DNA of 64,000 bases from Candidatus Omnitrophota bacterium (GTDB lineage: Bacteria > Omnitrophota > Gorgyraeia > Gygaellales > Profunditerraquicolaceae), in the NCBI GenBank assembly GCA_011620275.1, contig WOZK01000030.1, positions 70,242-134,241 of the forward strand, in the 5' to 3' direction. Both the position numbers and the translations under genes were made by a program. The notes under the pieces were generated by a model that was not told where the DNA came from, did not search any database, and was given only the letters and a program-made list of their open reading frames with translations. The stretch's first letter is position 1, and each line of letters begins with the position of its first letter. Shown here in pieces: positions 31,164 through 46,100 of the stretch.

Positions 31164-34100
31164 TCACAGATAAATATCCGTCATATTGCAAACCCCAGAC
31201 AAACCGATACTTATGAAACTTAATGAAGGCAGTGAAAAAGACATCCCCTGCGTATAGAAAGTGGAACCATTCTCCTCGCCGCGAAAGACTGCGTTGTATT
31301 GTTCAACAGGCCTCCATCCTTGCGCAGAATCCATCCCAGGTTCAAGAAAGCGCGCTGCGTCTTCATCGAATATCCCTACCGCGTCCCTTTCGCTGCACCC
31401 TCCGTCCAACGGGTTAAAAACCTCGGCTAAAACAGCCGGCGTTCTCTTCGGATCAAAATCTTTAATAAGCTCATCATTGCCATTTCTTAACGCTCGGATA
31501 AGCTCTTTATCTACGAATTGCCGGCCAAGAATATACACAACCATCCCGTCGATATCTTTTAATTCCCCTATTTTCCCTTGAGCCTCCATCAACTCGATCA
31601 AAAAGATAAATCCGAGCATCGATTGCGGTTCTCTCCGCGTGCGCAAACGGGTAAAAATATTGATTATCGAAAACATCCTGTCCGCCATATAATACAGGCA
31701 GACAACGTTTTGTATCAAAACAGGTCTGATACAATTCAAAAGAAGCAACCGGATCATACCGATAAACGCCTCCGGCTGGTTGTATCCGGCGCGCTCTGAG
31801 AGATAGAGAAAATCTTTTATTATCCCCTCTTTCTCGGTTTCAGCGAGACTGAATTTACGGGCTATTTTTCCGGCAGCCGCATAATTATCAGGTGATAATG
31901 AAGAAAGGATATTACGCCTGTGGCCGGGATAATCATGCTTAAAAGTGTCGATAGTGCTGTATAATGAAACGGCAATGGAATTTTTTTCTTCGGGAACCGG
32001 CCGATTTTCCGCAAGCACCGCTCCGTCACGATATACAACGGAATTAACCGGCACATAGCGCAGAAAACTCAAATAATCCAGTAAAGTCCTGCCTTTGTTG
32101 TCTCCGGAAAGCGCCTCTTCCGGTAATATTATATGCACCGGCCTGTGCTTATTGAATACGGCATAAACGATAAAGATCCCATAGGCCTTAAATATACAAT
32201 CAAATAATTCTCCTCCTGTCAAAAAGACGGTTATGGGCGTTTCAGCGAAACGCGGACATAATCTATCGGCGGAGCCCCGTATCGCATCGACATCCGTATG
32301 ATAGATAATCCGGGGAATTCTCATACATTCGATTACGCAACCCCAGTCTTTTCCCCACACGTCAAGAGCAGCTATCAATTCATCTTCCGCCGCACGGTGT
32401 GATTCTTTATAATCTGCAACGGTAAATACGCCTATTACCCCTCTTCGCCCGCTTCCTCCATCTGCCACAACCGTGCCGCCGTTAACAACCCGTGCCTTTA
32501 TCATTTCCACGTAAGGCGCAATATCGTTAAGTATCACATCCCCTTGATCGCATTCTCCGCCGTCGCCCTTTTGCCCTTGCCCTTTTTCCGCAAGATTGAA
32601 ACCGGGATGCGTTTTCCTCATCTCAAACGCAACGGTTATGCCGAATTCCCGGGCGATAAAATCTACGTACGGCATGGAGGGTTTTTCCCCCGAATAACTA
32701 AATTTTTTCTTAGCCATAGACACTAATATCTGCCTGTCTAAAACAAGCTTCCCCTTCCTTTTTTCCAAGATTCCTTTCCCACTCCAGAACACGCTTAAAA
32801 TCTTACCGGGAGTGTAGCGGGAATTTGTAAAAACCGATACCGGGATCAGCCTCTTCAGGTATTTCTCATCAAATACAAAAGGCCCTTTTTCCCATTGTTC
32901 CCGTATAATCCTCATTAAAACCGGAATCACATAGTTTTGAGTCGCGGGGAAACTCATGGCTGTATTTTTTGTCAAATCAGGCAAACAATAATAGGTAAAC
33001 ATATCTTTTCCCAGTATTCCGCGCCGCTTTAAAAAATCCTCGAAATTTTTATCAAAAACCCGTAATCCCCATTCACCTACGGAAGAGGTGATCATTCCGG
33101 CGTTAAGCTTATTCAGTTTGTTTTTAATAAAATCGTATTTGCCTTTGGACTTACGGCTGATCTTAAGATATTCCATAACCATTCCCGAAGAAAAAGGATA
33201 TCCCAATTCACCGGATTTTATTCCCGCCAGGATTTCAAGTAAGAAATCCAGCGACCCTCCCGGCAAAACAGACAACTCTTCCCAGAATTTATTTTCAATG
33301 CCCCAAAACCGGCCGTTCTCTATTTCCACAACCGGTATCTTATCCATGCCTTTTAATTCTTCGTATAATCTTATGTCGGCCCGCATCCGGAGCAATTGGC
33401 CATACGTACCGTCAAGCAGGGATTGGTGAAATCTACCGGTAGAAACATATTCGCATAACAGCATTTTATCCGCCTCCAATTGCTTGACTATTTCTGCAAC
33501 TGTTTTCATATCCTCCGCACAACCAAAATGCGAGAGCACATCTTCCCGGGTAAAATCCATCTCCAGGAACATTCCGCATTTTCCCGGGATAATAACCGCG
33601 CTCTGTTCGGCTATCCAGCGTATTACGCTTTCCCGGCATACCGATCCTTTTAAATATGCTTCATCTTCCATTAATTCCCACTCTTTCAATAATTCCCCGA
33701 TAATCCTGATCGTTTTTCCGGACACTTGCCTTGCCGAAAAGTAATTTTTATCCTCCGCGCGCACCGCCGCCAGCATCTCACGCATACGCACGGGAGATCC
33801 GCCGGTTATTTCGAAAATTCTTTTCAAAACATGGGATTCCCGGGCGGATAACGGATGAGACTTTATGCCCGCGATAGTCAACCTTCTCCCGGCATTTTTC
33901 TCTTTAAAGAACTTCATAAAACCGATCAAACGGTTAAACCCGCCGGACCCGCCGGATAAAATCATAGTTTGAAATTTATCCGTAACGGAATACCTCTTTT
34001 CTACAACCCCGCTCCGCTCAAGATTCTCCGCTATCGCCGACACCGCGCTTCGGTCGGCGGGAGTGCGGTTTCCCGGAACAAATTGTTCAAGAATATCTTC

Positions 34101-37100
34101 GATGGTAAATACAGACCTTAACAAAACTTCTGTACCGCCCGAAATTACCACACTGCTTCGCATAACCATCCATTCGATTAAATTCTCTTCACTCAACTCC
34201 TTCTTTGACCGCTCATCAACGGCATCATCCGTAAAACCTCCGGTAACCGCGAATCCGCCGTCACGCTGTCTGACCGCGCGGCTATAATCAATCTGATCGC
34301 ACAGTAATGAATACCGGTCCGATTTTAGAAACAGCAAGAGAGGCTCCTGTCCGCCTTCAGCTCTTATTTCCAGCACAACCGGCCGCGGCCGGTAAAGCGC
34401 CTGAATATCCAACCCGGTAAAATGAATAAGCCAAATATACGCATCGTAACGGTCTGCCATCCTTTTAATGATCCGTGGATACATATCGAGCCCCCGGCAT
34501 ATACGATGCCGCCGGCTTTCTTCGTCCCGGGCTTCTTTTATAAAACGCGTATCAAAGCCGAACTGACTGGTTATCCCGTTGCCTAAACGCGGGACCCTGA
34601 ACCTTCGCAAGGCCCTGTTCCCTCCTTCAGTAAGAACCGGCCTGTATTTATGTATGAAATCTCCCACTCGCGCATCGAAAGAAGAATCTTCCAGGGGGAC
34701 ATCAAGCCCGACCGCTTCTGCCAGATATTCTTTGATGCCCGGATATAATTCCTCGTACCGTTCTTGGGTAATCCCTGCGGCTTGATTAACCGCTTTCCAG
34801 TACCAGAGGAACACCCAATCGGTAATAGTCTTTTGTATATTGATCAAAGCGTTCAACAGCCGCGTGTGATAGGCATGGTCGAAATCGAAAGTAAGCCCAA
34901 AATGCGGATAGACGCGCAATTTCCGCACCAGGGTATCGAGATACAGGGGGAAAGACAAATAAAGATTACTTTGCGCGGAGGCCCCGCACACCGGGCCTTC
35001 AATGAGGATCTTGACGTCCTTACTCACAGACGGATGGTTGTAGATTCGGTGAAACGCCAGCAGCTTATCATCGAAGGACGAATACAACTCGCCCCTTAAT
35101 TCATAAAGCACCACTCCCGCGGGTTTTTCTCTCTGTATGGAAGCAAGAAAAACAGCCAGTTCCCGGCAATAGGATATGTATACGGCAATTTCTTCCGCTG
35201 GAAGCGAAGTTATACTATTAGGAGAATGCACGGAGACACACTCCATGCCGAAATCCTGCCTGATCCCGGCCAAAAGCATCTTCATATTCTCCAGATCATC
35301 AAGCTCCGAAAGAGTTCCTATAAATAATTCGAAAGTGCGAAAATCCAGCCTCCAAAGCCTGCGCGCCTGCTCCAGATTGGCATCCAACGCGCATTTACCG
35401 CTGAATACTACACCTAATTGTCCGGTCCCGCCGTCCTTGTCCTTTTCTTCCCATCCCGCCTTTTCTTCCACCGCTCTTTTATCCCTTTTCCAGGAAACGG
35501 TTTTATATAGCGCATACGCCGCCGCTCCCACGGCCAGTAATATATATTCACATTCCAACATATGTTCACTCCATACCCCGAGATCCTTCACCGCGGAATT
35601 AAGGCTGTAAACCATCAGCAGATATAAATAGCCGTATCCGAACGCCTCTATGGCTCTGTAATATATCTTCTGCCGTTTCTTCTCAATTTCTTCCGGTTCC
35701 CAATTCTTTACCAGCTCCAGCACAAAATACGTAATGACCATACCGGCCGATAAAGCGGCAACCGTCAAGTATGCCCCGTATAATTGCAGAGATACAAAGG
35801 TATTGACCAACAACGCCGGGCCGGAGATCAAAGGAAACGCCAACGGCATAATCCAATAAGGAATACGAGTGAATGCGCAGGGAATGGGAATCTGCGGAGT
35901 GATGTATATGAACAGCAATGTTACGCTTACGATTTTCAGCATTCCCAACGCGGAAGGACTGACAGCCGCTCCGGTATATCCTATAAAGACGTAGAATCCC
36001 CCTATCAAAACCGAAACAAGCAGCGCTCGCCGCACTCCTTCTGTTTTCTGGCCGGCATTCAAGTTCAATCCGCCGGGGCCGGTAATGGCCATAAAAGAGG
36101 CGAGTAACCCGGGATAACTTATAGCCAGGATGTAACCGGCCAGCACGACCACGAAATCCGCCGCATAATCCGCGCCGATAACGGCGAAATAGGGTAAAAA
36201 AGGCGCCCCCGCTATAAACGCCGGAATAAAAAACCCCGTTGCGTGTATCCAGGCCCAGCGCGCGCGAATGCTCACTCTTCCCGCGTACGCGCGCCAGTAC
36301 AGCCTGTCCTTCCAGCCGCCGTCAAGATGTTCTTTCCCGTCCGCATTGGGAATAGGGCCGTTATCTATTAAGAAATGGACGCCGGCTGATGGTAAAGAAT
36401 TTAGCTCGGGCTTAAGGACAGGCGCATTTCTATATACCTTTACCGAAAAAGCAGGCAGCACCATACGCCCATGTTCCCCTGCCCATATTACTTCACTTGT
36501 CGAACCGCATCCCCGAGAAGTAAACCCCGTTAGAGAACTTCGTCCTCTAACGGTTTGCTCTGACGGTGGCATTAAACTACCGTCAGATTGGGAATCGGAA
36601 GACCACCTACTAAAGTCGGTGGCTTTCTCTAACGGGGTAAACATGCCGACACTCTGCAACTCTTCATTCGCATAATCGGTAATTTGGCGATCCGTCGACC
36701 TGATCCGGCTTATATCTACGCACACAATCCGATCCCCGACTTTTCTGTATGCTTCCACCATCGGCAACGTCCAGACGATAATCAACCCGTCTTCTTTAAC
36801 AATCCGCCCAAGCAAGTCAGCAACGTATTTTTTAATATCAAAGTCCCCGGACAAATCCAGCCAGCCGAGGCCTTTTAAGACTAAATAATCGGGCTTCTCA
36901 TCGGTCAAATATCCATTCTCTTTTAATCGCGCCAGTTTTTCTTTAATAACTCCAACTTCTCTCGCATCAACCGCTATATTGATGAATGAATCGAAACAAC
37001 GGATACGTTCATCTCCAGAATTATATTCGCTGTCGAACAGTCCGGAAATACCATTCCTCACGGCCCCTACAGTTTGAGATGCCGCGTCCTTCATTGTCTC

Positions 37101-40100
37101 CGGAGTGATATCATTCCCCCGGGTATCTTCATCGAGATTGACGCTGATAATTATTCCCGTATATGCTTTTTTTCTTGTCGTCAATGCCGCGAAGGGAACA
37201 AAATCGCCTCCGGCCAGAAGATAAATCCCGGTTTTCTTTTCTAAACCGAATTCTGCCACGACTCTTTCCCACAAATATAAATATTGGGTCCAAGCATCTT
37301 TTTTTGTTGGCCGGGCATTTCCGCCGTCCGTATAGTCAGACTCATCTTCCACGGCTGACGCAAGTCCTTCTGCCAGCATTAAGGCATGTTTCTTAATCTC
37401 GCCCTCCGGTAAATGCGGAAGAGTCGTTATGACTTCGTCCTGAAAACCTTTACGGGCAAAGTGATATGTTTCTTCGGGAACCCCCTCGATAGAAGCGGCA
37501 TTGAGGTCCTGGATCATATTAGGAAAGAAATTTTCGAGGAAGTAACCTCCGGTAACTAAATCCAGATACAACTTGGGCGCAGCCAAAAACTCATATCTCA
37601 GCAGGGAGAAAATCTTCAGCCAATGATAAGATGTCCTTCCTATTTCCAGCGCGTAGGGAATAATCTCCGCGGTCTCATTACCGGCTGTGCCGCGGCACAA
37701 CTCGCTCATAATTTTGGCCTGGACATACGGCCACGAATTCAAAGCTGTGAACTCATCACGGCGCATATCCGCCTCCGGCCACTGTCTGCACAAAAGCTGT
37801 TGAAGCGCGGCGTCTGCCGCGTCACTGCCTGTCTGCTCGCCGAACGGCAGTTGTCCATCCGAATCAATCCTTCGACGCAATTCATAACAATGACCGGGCC
37901 TGAAAACGGCTCCGTGTATATCCACCAATATCCGGACATTCCCTGCCGTATTTAGACCAAACGCTGCCGCTGCAGGCTGAATACCGGGTCCGCCGCGAGC
38001 GGTCCAATAATCCGGAATTATTGTTTTATCCGAGAACAAAACTTCTCCCCGGACATTTTCTCTCCGCACATTGCTGTCGGTTACCGACAAGGTTTGAATG
38101 ATCCGATGCAGACTCAAGAAAGGCATATTCACGATAAGCTTACCCTCATACATTACCGCGGACTGCCTGAACATAAGTAACCTGTCTGATTCCAGAGGTT
38201 TTTTCTGCAGAAGCGCGAGAAATCGCGGCATATCGAATGTGCTACCTGCGCGCTTTTCCTGAACGCCGGATTCATTCAATAACGCGAAAATTTCGCGGAA
38301 CATCTCCCGGAACTCATCCCAAATATCCGAAGAAACAGTCAATATTTCTTCCGGGCCGGAAACAGCCGAACGTACTTCCTGATCAATCCGCGCGTTAATA
38401 CGCCGTGTCTCGTGCAGAATATCCTCGATTCCACGAAGCGAATCATCACTTCCACCGTCTTTTTCATCCGGATGCATCGCCATCCAGAAATCGACGAACA
38501 AGTGTTTCCGTAGATGATCAATGGTATGGGGATTGCTAATACGCAAATATGAAAGGAGGAATACGGCAGTGCCGACGGGCAGTGCGGAAGCTCTGCTTCT
38601 CGGGGGGCCGGTTTTACTCTCTAGGTAAAGTCCGAATAAGGCCACGGCTAAAATACCGGTTTTGTTCCGCAGGGCACTCCCGGCAGCAATATAATCTTTC
38701 AATTTCTCGAACTCAGCCGCTGATTCAGGCCGGCTCTCTCGGACGAAACGCGAAAAATCATCCGCGCTCAAACCTCCCGGATTCCCCTGGGGGATAACCG
38801 CGTCTATTCTGCGCGCGCATTCCTCAACAGCCCCGCCGTCTGAAGCCGAATCTTCCTTCACTTTTTTTTCTTCCTTTTCCATTGAATTCACATTCCTGAT
38901 CCGTTCGGAATCTTTTAAAACACTCCTCTTTATTCCTTCATATAACACTTCCCGCAGCCGTTTAACGATTGCGTCTATGAAAGGCGCATTACCATATATA
39001 TCCATAGCCCGCTCGGGATAACCGCTTAATCCCGTTTTAACATTTCTGTTGCCTCCGTCGCCGAAAGTTCTCTTTTCTTCATCCCCGATAAACGGATAGT
39101 CCCACTCTTGCACAAGTGAGCTGTTTATACGCTCTACAATAATACTTCCGGACAAATCAACATTGACTTTCAGCAAACCGTTCAACGCGAAACTAAAATA
39201 TCCCCGGTCTTCATTGCAAAACACAGGGTCTTCATAAACCGCAGATATCACATCATGCAAAAAGCCGGCGTATGTTTCTTGCTGTTGCTCCGATGTACGC
39301 GAAGAAATATGCTCGAGAGATTCGAGAAACCGCTCTCTCTGATAAGAAGCTGCGGGCTTATATCCTTTCTCCTGCAGCTCCGCTTTCACCAGATTATCCG
39401 CACGTAATAGGACGACCAACAGTGTATTGATTATATACTCCAGATCTTCCAGGTCCCTGATGTCCACCGCGGAAAGTCGATTATGTAACACCTCATATAA
39501 TCCACGCGGAATCACCACGGTTACTTCTCTACTCATATCCGGCGTATATCCCTCCTGAAGATTTTCAAGATAGAACCTCCTCTTTGTAAGTATCCGCCAC
39601 AAGCCTTCGTGCTGCTGAAATTCCGCTATGATATTCTCCCAATAGGGATAAACGAAAATTGAAAGATCGCCTCTATAGGAAAGGCCTGTAAGTATAGGAA
39701 AAAACACAATGAGACCTATGGCCATTTCTAAAGGCGTTCCCAACCGGATCAAATATAACCCTATAATCGAATGCATGAACGAAGGCAGAAGAACGGCAAA
39801 CATATCTTTGGCAAGATTTTCCGCGGGCAAACCGCATGTTGACATAATATGATAACAAGAAGCCTGTGCTTGGAGTCCAAGCAAATCATCCTTCTTCCTT
39901 TGGGGAACCGTTGAACTGCGTACAAGTGTTTCAAAATCACCGCGAAATATGAGTTTTTCACCGGCGGGATCAATAAAAAATACGTTCCACCATTCTTCAT
40001 CCCCCGCTATTTCCAAAACCTTTGCTCTATCGACAGCGAGCAAAGCATTCCTGGATTTGAACAGGGATGGGAATAACCTCTCCAATGCCCCTCCTCCCTC

Positions 40101-43100
40101 ATAGCGCGATACGACAATCCGCAGCCGCCTTTGGCCAAATAGTGTCCCGGCGCAATAATGAATAATCTCATGCCCTATACCTATGCCCCAGAATAAAGGT
40201 ATTGCGGCCGCAAGAAACAGCATGACCGATCCCCCTAATCCCAGGCCCCAATGAGCGCTCAGAGAAAAACCCGGTAGCAAACCGGATACGAACCATCCCC
40301 CCGCAATAATCGCAAAAAGCGCCAACCGGGAATAATTGAATGATATCTGCCGCGCGCCCGCGAAATAAAACTTGCGCATAAAGTGATGTGGCCTGGAAAT
40401 CGCTCTATCCCCCGGGTTATCGGCATACGGCCTGCCGCCGTCGCCGTTCTGTGCGCGAGGATATCCTTTCAGCGAGGACATTATATGGTTTGCCAATGTT
40501 TTGCGTTCCCAGAAATTTGGGCTTCTACGGTCGGCTTGCTCATGTTTCAGAATCACCGGCAGAACAATCCGGATATTCTTGCCCGTCGGATCGACATCCA
40601 GAGATCCCATACCGAACTTAAAAAACAGGTAAGTATATTTATTTGTTGGTCTGCTATCTACGGGCTTGCCCGCCGCGTAAGCATCAGCGAGACAAGTTTC
40701 GCCATGGAAGCTTTCGGCGGCGAGGCTCGCGGCTATATTCAGGCGTATATAATCAAGCGGATGCGCTAAAATATGCTCAAGAGCCTCGCCGTCTCCACGG
40801 CTTATCCCGATCAAATCATCGATGATTTCTCTTTTGGAGTCGTCCGAAATACGCGAGAAGATTTCTTCTCCTGAACACCATTGGATCTTATAGTGTGTCG
40901 ACGCCTCACCCCATTTCTCGCTGTATTTTTTTATCCGGCTCAGATAAACAAAGAACCTGCCTACTATTTCTTCTCTGCCGCTGAGAAACAATACTCTCGT
41001 CTGATCGTCATCCCCGCCTTCAGGGCCTAAGCTATCAAAAAACATCAATTCCTTGAATAACGCATCCCCACCCCATTCCTCGTCATTCCACTGCTCTTCA
41101 AGCCAGTTCTCCAGCTCTTGAAGGATAGACGAATAGTTAATAGGGAAATCCCCGTCACACAAATATTCACCCTCATTGATAATCCTGTTTTTCCCTCCGT
41201 CCGGATTATTAAGCCGCCGCTCTTCGCGTCCCACGCCAGACATCCCCCCGGACTTTTCTGCCACCATTGTCAGGATACGCGCAAGCTTTGCCGCCTGCTC
41301 GCTATCACCTTTCTCTATCAATTCCAGGATCCGCTTTTCAAATCTTTTGGCAATAAATCTTATGTCATCGTCCGGCAAAGAATAGAATTCCCCGAATCTG
41401 CAAATAGCGTCTAAAATAACGGTGTTATCCGAACCCAGCAGGAACGGAAATAGCGCCCGTACTTCCCTCCCCTCCAGATAAAGCAGATCGCGCGGCCTGC
41501 GGTCCTGCATGATCAGCAGGCTTACTTCATGGGATAGATCATTCACTCTTATCCAGGTGTCCTCAGCAGGTTCACGCCGCAGTTCTATAAGAGAATCTAT
41601 AAGTTCAAGGAACAATCCGGACAATTTCTGCTCCCATTCAGCCCCGCCGTCAAACAATTCCTCTGCCCTTTCCAGACGCGCCGTCTTTAGCGCCCTTATT
41701 ACCGTCTCGGCCTCCCCGGCTATCGCCGATATTTCATTGTCGAAGTAGAGCTCATCCGCCTGTCCGCAGGAAGCCGCGGCTCTTTCTATGGAATCAACTC
41801 CCTGCGGACGCAGAAGCTCCATTTTGAGAATAAGACCTATCTTCTTCTCCCAAGATAGGCCTGCTGTCGAACCAAGAAACCGGCGACATTTCATCCGCCC
41901 CTGCGGCGCTCTCAAAGGTGTGTTGCCTTCGAGTAGATCATACACGTCTTTTTCATACGCTTCCGCGGAAACGCTTAAAAGATCATAGGTGAACTGTTCC
42001 AACGCCCCCTCCCCGAATTCTTCCGCCGATCTACGGTTGAATCTGCTGTACGGCGTCATCAAATGCTCTCCCTGTTTGCGCAAGAGGATACCGCGAAGTT
42101 CATAGTCGCGTCCCCATGCGGAATAGATCGCTATCTTCGGCGGCCAATCCACCCAGGAAACATGCCCGGATATGAAAGAAGCAAAGGAACCAAGATAACT
42201 GTCCGCGGCGATATGCCTGGAATTTATGCCGTCAAGGTAGTATTCATATGAAAACCGGCTGCGGGAAGAAATCAGATGAACGATATGGGCGTTCTGCAGC
42301 GGCAATGTCTGTAAAAGACTATGAATTTCAGCGACGCAGAAAGAAGAGTCGTCGATATAATACAATGCGGGCGGGGCGCGCGAAGAATACAACTCTGCGG
42401 CCAGCATTTTCGCCTTCTTCCCTTCGCCATAACCGCAGAAACGGATATTTCCCTCCGGAATATCAATGCCGGCGCTCTTTAATACCGCGAGAGTCCCCGC
42501 TTTCGTGCTTTCATCACGGCCGGTCAGAACGACAATTCTCAAGCCAAGGCGTTCAGCCGTCTTTAGAAGATGATCCGCCCCTTCCGTCATCCGGTAAATA
42601 CCCAGGCGCACTCCCAATCTCTCTACATCAGTATATTCTTTCATGGCTACGCTTTTGAGCCAATCCACCTGTTCCTGCATCCAGATCCCGAACTCTTCCG
42701 GCTCTTTGATCTCCCCGGAGCTGTATATATTGTTCTGTATGCTGTCCTTGATCATATAATACCGCCTGCGTATAAAATCCGACGAAGGGTAATCCAGTGT
42801 CGTCCGGAGCAAAGTGTCGTCCAGGTCCACGATAAGCACCCCGCCGCTTACAGCAGTCCTCTCCATATTGCCGGCCGCTTCAAAAAGGCTCCCGGTGGAA
42901 AAACTAACCGGGCCTGCCCCCCCGTCATTTTCGCACGAGCGAATACTTGGCCTTCCGATAGGCCAAGGTAAAATCCGACACTCCGCGGAATAATCTGCTC
43001 CGCGTTTTTGCGCGTAGGCCGGCAGATTATTTATGCTCCTTAGATAACCGATCATACCGGAAAGAATAGCGGCCTCCCTGGTGTCGTAGTTTTCTAACGT

Positions 43101-46100
43101 TCTGTCTATGATTTCGCTGGTACAAGCCGACAAAGGCGTCTCGGTGGAGCGTATCAAAAGAATTAACTTGGACAGGTCTATACCGCAGAATCCCAGGAAA
43201 CGCTTGAATCCGGAAGAAGAACTAATCAATTCTATTGTTTTCTCCGGTTGCGGCGCTATGGATGTAACGGCGTTGCAGCTATGAAGGATGCCGCTGATAA
43301 CCGACAATAATGCATATTCAAGGTTGTATCTTTCTTTAACGGCGAAAATAAGGAATAGATACCCTCTGCGCGCCGGGTCATAATTCTTCAAGAAGCCGCC
43401 GGCGTTCGAATACTTAATATGGTCGAAAACCCACATCAACGGTTTCAACTGGCGGCCTGTAACCTGATAAGTTGTCTTCAATTGCTCGAGTATCAGCCCG
43501 CAAGAAACGTCGAAATCTGGCGTCCGTCTATCGGCGTCTCTCCCAGAATAAGAAACCAACAAATCCGCCATCTTTCGCAAATCCCCCGTTTGCGAAAGTG
43601 AAATCTCCGCCTTGAAGAAGTCATTTTCCGGCAGTAACTGATGGGAAACAACCCGGACTTCTTCATTAAGATACCTTCGGGCATCACCGTCCGGCAGGGT
43701 GCGCTTTAAACGCACCTGTCTGCCGATCCCCTCTTCATATTCCATACCAATATGGCTCAACTCTATTCGGTCAAAGCCAAGGCTGAACCAGCGTTTGATA
43801 GTCTCTCCCAGGCGGAGTTCTTCCGTGCATATTCCGGAGGTGCTCATCTCATCTATTCGCTCAAAGGCGTGAAAACGGGGATTATACAATATTTCCTCCA
43901 GGGCGAACGCGAATATTTTCCTGCCGAAACCGCTCTTTGCCCATCGTTCCTTACGTATGGATATTTTTCCCAACGCGCAAGTATTTCTCCCTTGACTGTC
44001 CTTAGAAACCGACACTTCAAAAGTCAGCACCCCGCGTCCGTCATCCGCGGCCGCCCTGTATATATACAACCCTCCCCCGGCCGGCCTCAGATAAGACACA
44101 TTCTGCTCCGATATGCGCATCCCGTCCCTGTAAACGACCACCGGCCCGGATCCGCCGTCGTGAATATCTTCCGCGGAAATCCCCGGTACCGATATCAAAC
44201 CGTTAATGCCCGTTATATCTTCAGCCCGCGCCTGGCGCGCTGCCTTCCGCCATCGCTCATCCGGCACTGCCGGCAGAGGCGTTTTCATCTCTTCAACGTA
44301 ACCGAACAAGCCCGCTTTCATGACTTTACCGAATATAAGCTTTCGATCCTCCACGCGTACGCTGTCACACCTTAGTGTCGCGAGGCGGCTGCGAATAATC
44401 TTCCATAATTCTCTGCTGTCGATACAAACTCCAGTCATCTCAAAGTAACCGGCAGTCGGAAAGCTATCTCTGATATCATCAAAAACAGCGCTTAATAACA
44501 TCCCCGCAGAGACAGAAGGCGCGCCAATGCCTTTATAGATCGACAAATCCATCATTGTTCCCGCGTTGGCCTCGAAATAGAATTCCACTGTCCCCCATTT
44601 GCAACCGCAGATAACGTATTCTCTCCCATCTTTCCCAAAGATACGAGTTATACGCAGGCGAGAATCTTCAAGACCAGTATCCTCCCGGATCAACCTGCCG
44701 CCGTCGGGTAAAGAAATAAAATAATCCCCTCTGTAAGCCCGGTTTAAGAAATTATTCCGTTGGCAATATAGTTTATTCAGTTTGTCCTCTCCTGATTCTC
44801 CCGGGCACAAGAGATTGAGAATCATATAATATAGACTTTCTCCGTTCCTCCCGGCGGCATCAAGGGCCACTCCACTACCGGTAATTTCCTCCATAAGAGG
44901 CTCCATCAATAAATAGCCCGGCCTTAGTGTTTCATCCGAGAAAATACGGTAAAGCTCCCCAGGGACTCTTTGTGAAGACACGAATTGCTTTAACCTCGGC
45001 AGATCATCCCAAGGACAGGCGAATAAAGTATCTATCCCGTCTGTTTGCTCAAGGCGGCCCTCAGCGGCATTAAATTTCATTTGATCCATCTGCATACGGA
45101 CGGCAAAATATGTATCTCTTCCTATTTCTACGCGTAATATCCTCACTCTTTCCAATATGTTTTCTGTATAGAAATAACGCATCGGCAAACCTAAATCGAG
45201 ATCTCCGACACAAACAGTGGTAACACCTGACAAATCATTTATCTTCCCGGTTTCGCGGAAAACTATTTCACCGTTGGGTGAATTACCGCATTCCCCGCAG
45301 CTTATTTCCTTACAAATAAGATCACCATAGTATTCGCTTAAATTCCTCTCCTTATTAAGATTAACCGCAACCAGGTCTTCCAGTTCTGCTGCGTAAGGAA
45401 CAATGCCCCGTTTTCCTAAGATCATTGCATCATACGGGCTGAATCCGGCAAGATAATCCCGCTCTTTAAACCCGAATTCTGCCATAATATGCGGAACCGA
45501 CATACGACCTTTCCCATACGGCAGCAATAACGAAAGAACTCTAAAATGGTCAACATTGATATGCAATTTCTTCATCCCTTCTATTAGAAAATGCGGCATA
45601 AGGCAGCAATCGCCATACCCGCAACTCAAAACCTCTTGAGGAGAAAAAACATCCACGTTTCGCTCGATAACACCATATTTAATATATTCCCCATAACCGT
45701 ATTTATTCCAGTCCAATTTTTTATTCATTAGTTCCGACAACTTCCGCAGCGCTATTGGTAAAGCTGTTTTTTCTCGGCCGCCGTCCTTTTCATCCGGATG
45801 CATCGCCATCCTTCTTATCTGCCACTCCGATCCCAATTTATCCCGGCCTTCGGAAACGTCGCGTTTGGGATTACTTATGCTTATGTAAATATCGAAATTG
45901 CCGTCGGGATAACAATCCTTCAGTTTTACGAACATCGTGTTTATATAACGCTCCACTTCGTCCTGTATTTCTTGTTTCGCATTCGGGTAGGAATATTCCC
46001 TCCATTTTATATTAGTCGTTTCCTTCGCGTATCCGGGAGCCATATATAACAGGAGGTCTTTATACTCTTCCAGCGACAAACAAGCCGTCACACCGTCTTC

